A stretch of DNA of 64,000 nucleotides, taken from Isurus oxyrinchus (Eukaryota). The notes under the pieces were generated by a model that was given only the letters and a program-made list of their open reading frames with translations, was not told where the DNA came from and ran no database searches. The position numbers were made by a program, and so were the translations under genes. This document shows positions 58,917 through 64,000 of this stretch, in pieces. The stretch spans positions 682,001 through 746,000 of the forward strand of contig JANJGN010000052.1 of the NCBI GenBank assembly GCA_026770705.1. Reading direction: 5' to 3'. Numbering within the stretch: the stretch's first letter is position 1; every line of letters starts with the position of its first letter.

Positions 58917-61900
58917 ATGATCGGGAAATCCTACTTCCTCCTGTCTCTTCTCCAAGGTAATAACATCGTCAGCTCGGACAGGTTTATGGCTAATAGTCTT
59001 TGTAAAAGATCATTTTTATTGAGCTGTGATTGGGAACCGATTCAGCAGTGAGCCAGTGTACAAACTCACACCAAGTCCCATTCACCCATCACCCCTGTGC
59101 TCAGTGATATACACTGACTCCCTGTCTGACAGCAGAATTGGAGGAGAGCAGAGATCTCAGAGGGTTTTAGGGTTGGAGGAGGTTACAGGGATCGGGAGTG
59201 TAGAGGGGGGATGGTGGGGTAAGAAATCGATTATGAGAATTTGAAAATTGAGTCATTGCTGGACTGGGAGCCAGTGTAGTTCAGCCAGTGACAGGGGAGC
59301 GATCGGCTGAATAGAGAATCAGGGATAAAAACTGGGGAATGAGGTCGATCCCGATGTTAGGACTCGGATAACAATGGCCTGAAATTAGTGTCTTTTGCTG
59401 ATTTTGTCAGAATTTCCCATGAAGACAGCACAGCAGCTCCTAGAATAGACAGGCTGTTCAGTGTCACACTTCCTGTCCATTCTCACCTTGCTAGATACTT
59501 CAATAAGGGAGCAAGATAACTGAAAGAGAGAAGGAAGGCAAAGCTGTCTGTGTGTAAAACTGTCAAATATTCTGAGTTATCATGATTGTTTCTGATCTGC
59601 TGCAGAGTTTAAAGTTCTCAGAACATTAGCACTTTGCAGCTCAGAGAGAGACCATTGACTCACTGCCTGAAAGGGCGGTGGAAGCAGATTCAACAGGAAC
59701 TTTCAGAAGGGGAACTGGATAAATACTTGAAGGGGACATTTTGCAGGGCTGTGGAGAAGAGAGCAGAGGTTAGAGTGGGACTAATTGGACAGATCTTTCA
59801 AAGGCCCAGCACAGGCTCGATGGGCCAAATGGCATCCTTCTGTTCCGGATCATTCTACAATCTGATAAATTAAGCCCCACATCAGTAACTCTTCAGGCTC
59901 CTGCTGCAGGGATGGATCTTTGAGAAGGACAGGGAACAAGAGGTTCCTGGTATCATTTTCATATTTCTTGACAATTATATAAGTGTATAGATCTGTTGAA
60001 TATTTGAGTCTCTAAAGCGTAGAGGTAATCTGCTGTTATATCGAGATCTTGTGGTGGCAAAATTGTCTGGAGGTTTCTTTAATTGCTCACATTGATCTGT
60101 GGGATTGTCATTCTTCGATGTTGTCCCTGGTTTCAATTGACATTACACCCTTGATGCAACTGAGGAGGCTTTAAACTAATATGGCAGGGGATGGGATCCC
60201 GAGAGGAGGTTCAACAGAGAGAGATGCACGGCCAAAATTAGAAGAGAGAGCAAATGAAACTGGAAGGCATAGAAATTATTGACCATTTAAGGCTCAAGAT
60301 AGTGTGGCAAAGTTGGATTGTATTAATTTTAATGCAAGGAGTCTGACAGACTTGCATTCTCCTGCAGGTGTAATGTTGCAGCTCCCTTGAACCTGCCAAT
60401 ATTGTTGAATCTGTCTGCATATTTCAATGTTATGTCATGAACTGAGCTGATGGGATAGTTTCTGAGACTGGGACAGACATAAATCCATTGGCTTTCGGCC
60501 GGACTGGACAATCATGGAAGTGGGTGGGGCCAGAAAATCCCACCCCTATGGGAACATTTTCAGTTAATTTGATGTGCCCAGAGAGATCAATAAAGACCAC
60601 AATCCACAATTTATTGACAAGCCACGTCAGGATATGTGTGAGAGGTGGAATATCGATCACCGCTCCTAGTCTCGTCGTGTACATCATCGCCATTTCCTGG
60701 TTTGTCAGTCACCACATGTATATGTTCCTGATGGGATAGCGGATGGTCATTCTTATTGCTTGAAGGTTCCCCGTTGTGCAGGGTTTGTTTGGATCAGCGC
60801 ACGGCTCTTTGTAGCTGCATCAGCCTTTGCTCTAGTGCCCTGCCGCTGTCAATGGCCCTTTCTGCCACAAGCCTTGATGGATTGGTGGAAAGCTGGGCAT
60901 TTCCTTGGTGTCCGCAGAAGGCCACACCTTCCACACGACTCACTAGGTTTGGATGTTCTAGTGAGTGTGCCAACAATTGATGTTGTACTGAGGACCTATA
61001 AGCTTCGTTGACCTGCGAGGATCACTTCGTATTTATGTCCATCCTAGAGTAACTCTTCAATGCTATAGGTTTTGGTCTTATCTAGCAGATCTTTCTGGAA
61101 GGCTTCCATGGGAGTGGATGCGATCACCAACTCAACAACTGTGTCTGCAGGCTCTGTGTTTGAAATCACAGTGCGTACCCTTTTCTCTACATCGGCTGAT
61201 GAAGTGGTCTATGGATTGTGTAGGCTGATGAAATGACATAAACTCTAGTTGATGAATATGGAGTTTCACCTGATTCTGAACCTGTCTTCCAATGTCGTCC
61301 ATATCTATTGGGGATCCTTTCGCTCTTCTGCTGTTAATCCTGACGTGTTCAGCCTGTGTAGACCTTCATTCCCAATCGCGAGGTGAATTTTTATGGGTGG
61401 TTCGTCTGGTTCAGTCACACCTGAATCAGGAAACCAGAGCTCTGTACGCTGTTTAAACATTCTGAATTCAGATAGTCGGTCAGCTACATCCCAGTTCAAA
61501 CTGGGGAATTTCGTGGACATTCTGACAATATTCCTTTGACGTTCCTTCTTCTACAGGACCCGGGATGAGTGTCGCTTTAGCCCCTTTTGTGCGCTTTTCT
61601 GAAGCTCCGCCCACGGAGACGGGTTGTGGCAGGAACACACCACGGAGTAATGGAGTCTTTGTTTTTTATTCAATTTGCTGTTCATCAATCTCAAAGCCGC
61701 CCGTTATAATCACTAACTTCTCTGGGCTGATTTTTATAATGGTTTTTGTGTGTTTGAATCTCCCTCGCTCACTATCGATCCAGCCCACACCCTGGTCACT
61801 CGCCTTCCCTGACTGAGCTAACCCGCTGCTGGTCCTGGCAATACACACTGTCCCACTCACTGACCTACAGGCCGTGTGCTGTAATCTCACCACGAGGGAT

Positions 61901-63726
61901 CCGTCTGCTCCCCAGCTCTTTACTTGAGCTCTTTCCCATCACTGTGTCTTCAAAGGTTTCCTGAGCAGTCAGTACACTGCGATTTCAACCCTCTCTGATG
62001 CTGTGTCTCTGTTGTGGTCTGACCAAAGCGTCGAGGGTCGTCTCATGTCATGTAGCTCGATCTCAGGCTGTTCACCATGTCATACCTGTACTGAATCTTG
62101 CTGCCAGAATGTTTGGCCACCGCTGATCACCATGTTGTGTTTTTATAATGATATAAAGGCACCAGCCACTGATACGGAATTGGGTAAATACATTGTGGGT
62201 TGAGTTATTTAGAACAGGGACATGAGAACAGATATACAAGGATAGAAAGCTGGGAGACACCTGCGGCCAAACTGTGTGAGCTGTGTTCTGCTCACAGGCC
62301 AAAGTGAAACTTGGACTGGATGGTGTTATCATCCCAGCTGATGTTACTACTGGGCAAGTCAGATCCCAGGGTGGAACTCAGCTTGATAGGTCCTAACTTT
62401 TATTTTTTATTTAGGAATGTGGAGTGCGGCTACTGAACAGAGTCACAGGAGTCATCTGATGATCTTCTAACAAAAGAATAAAACATTTATTAAACTAGGA
62501 AAGACAAACTATATTACATTACACCTTCACCCAGATCTATACCTTTGCAGATTCATAAGTAGAACACAAGTTACAATAACTATCTTATATTCTCATGTTC
62601 ACACTAAGTGCACAGTCGATATAAACCAATAGACGACCTGTGGTCAGGGACACCACATTCTGAAAGAAACTGACAGAACCCACTTGAAACAAATGCCAAG
62701 TCTCCCTCCTCATCTGACCCCAGACGCTTGTTACACTGTGAGACAACCAGTCTCACTGACTCTCCAAGAACTCGCTTTGGAATCTTCTCCAACATGACAC
62801 ATTCACTCAGACACCTTCCACAAGGGTCCACTTTCACTATTTCAAACTCTCCTTCCCATGTTCCTGCCCCCTGGATCGCCACGTGCATTCAGCCTTCCTT
62901 CCACGCCCTGTCTCTCCAATGCTCAGCCGTGTCAATGGAACACCATGGCTTCACATGGCCGTAGTAATGAGTCACCAACCTGTGGTGTCTCCTAGGATCT
63001 TCTGGCTTCTCACAAGCCTATTTTGATTTAGGCAAAACAAAATCAGCAAGTTAACCCAATGCCCCGGACAGTGGAATTCCAAATGCATTGTCCCCAACTT
63101 CAGTTCTGTTGGAGAGCAGGCTTGTGCACAAACAGGGTCCTGAGGACCATGAACCAATGTAGAATGAACTTTTCCGCTTTTGTGTCCAGGATTCTCTTCC
63201 ATCTGGTGTGATACCTTGTGGAGTTCATTGTGTGTCCTGTAGATGGTCCACACTGCAGCCACTGTGCCCGAGTGATGGAGGGGGTGGATAATGAGTCTTG
63301 TGGATCAACAAAACATCCAGAGTTAAATATTGATATTTCTCTCCCCAGTTGGATTGTCACAAGAGTGGAAAGGTGACACTCCACGAGAGGTGACAGCGCA
63401 GAAAGGTTCGTGTGTACAGATTCCATGTCATTACAGTTATCCATCAGATTTGGTAAAGAAACCACATGTCGGAATCTGGAAAATGAGAAGCTACATACGG
63501 AACAAATGGTCTAAATGGTCTACAGCCTTTCACTCCAAGGATCACAGTCACGAGTTACCACGGTTCCGCCATCGGACCCGGCTGTCTGGAGACCTGAAAG
63601 ATGGCGACTGTTCCCTGATTATAAACAACATCAGACGGGAAGATGCAGGACCTTATTTTTTCACGATAAAATTTGGCAATCGTCCGAGCCATAACTATTA
63701 CCCTGTAACCCAGCTTCAGGTTTCTG
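58917..63726 (+). CDS. Gene E (5' part): join(58917-58956,63349-63726); leader plus Arg-less V1, continues past the window
   Basis: MIGKSYFLLSLLQ plus VGLSQEW..GPYFFTIKF (ACG 63663-63665); introns collinear with gene D. Confidence 0.87.
59960..61900 (-). mobile_element. Degenerate Gypsy element, paralog of 40100-42940, retaining a gag-like N-terminus
   Basis: MSTKFPSLNWDVADRLSEFRMFKQRTELWF (61305-61520); shared blocks with 41680-41800 and 42330-42940. Confidence 0.7.
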
Positions 63727-64000
63727 GTAAGTGCTGTGTTATAATTACTCAACAATTCACATCCAACACTCAATGGGAAATAATAGTGTTTGATTTGCTT
63801 GTTTTTTGGCCATGTTAACCAGCGTCACTATTTTTAATGATTTGTCTATTTCTGCTCCCAGATCCATGAGCTTATTGTGTGTGATTGAATCCACATCATA
63901 GCTGTAATGTAAACCGAGCTGAGGGGTGATGACACCTCCCCCCTGAGTGAAGTGTCTCCTCCCCACTACACCTTCCACCCCTTACACTGTCTGTGTAAAC

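Overview
Vertebrate genomic DNA, most likely a cartilaginous fish (inferred from the CR1/L2/Penelope/tRNA-SINE repeats and a 33-bp minisatellite). The window is a tandem, all-plus-strand cluster of Siglec-like (CD33/MAG-type) Ig receptor genes whose exons the ORF track only partly shows. Five copies of one promoter plus non-coding first exon mark the units (~1.1, 32.2, 36.3, 38.5, 58.3 kb). Gene A (CDS 1648-19147) is an apparently intact inhibitory receptor: leader, V-set with the essential Arg, C2, one internally deleted and at least 7 near-identical C2 exons, TM, and an ITIM plus ITSM tail (~1065 aa; a gap may hide more). Region B (29.7-34.1 kb) is a scrambled remnant with an intact TM exon and a second tail type carrying YxN/ITIM motifs. 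Unit C is a promoter plus leader with no V exon. Gene D (CDS 39059-55368, ~497 aa) has two tandem V-set exons (Arg-less V1, then an Arg-containing V2 nearly identical to gene A's V), two C2 domains and a short tyrosine-free tail, with Gln where activating Siglecs have a TM Lys. Gene E (from 58917) is a duplicate of D with a diverged V1 and runs off the window. The best candidate for a novel system is a paired inhibitory/activating-or-decoy Siglec family with a double-V architecture, hypervariable Arg-less V domains and an expanding C2 stalk. All gene models were read by eye from splice signals and phase; no expression data are available.
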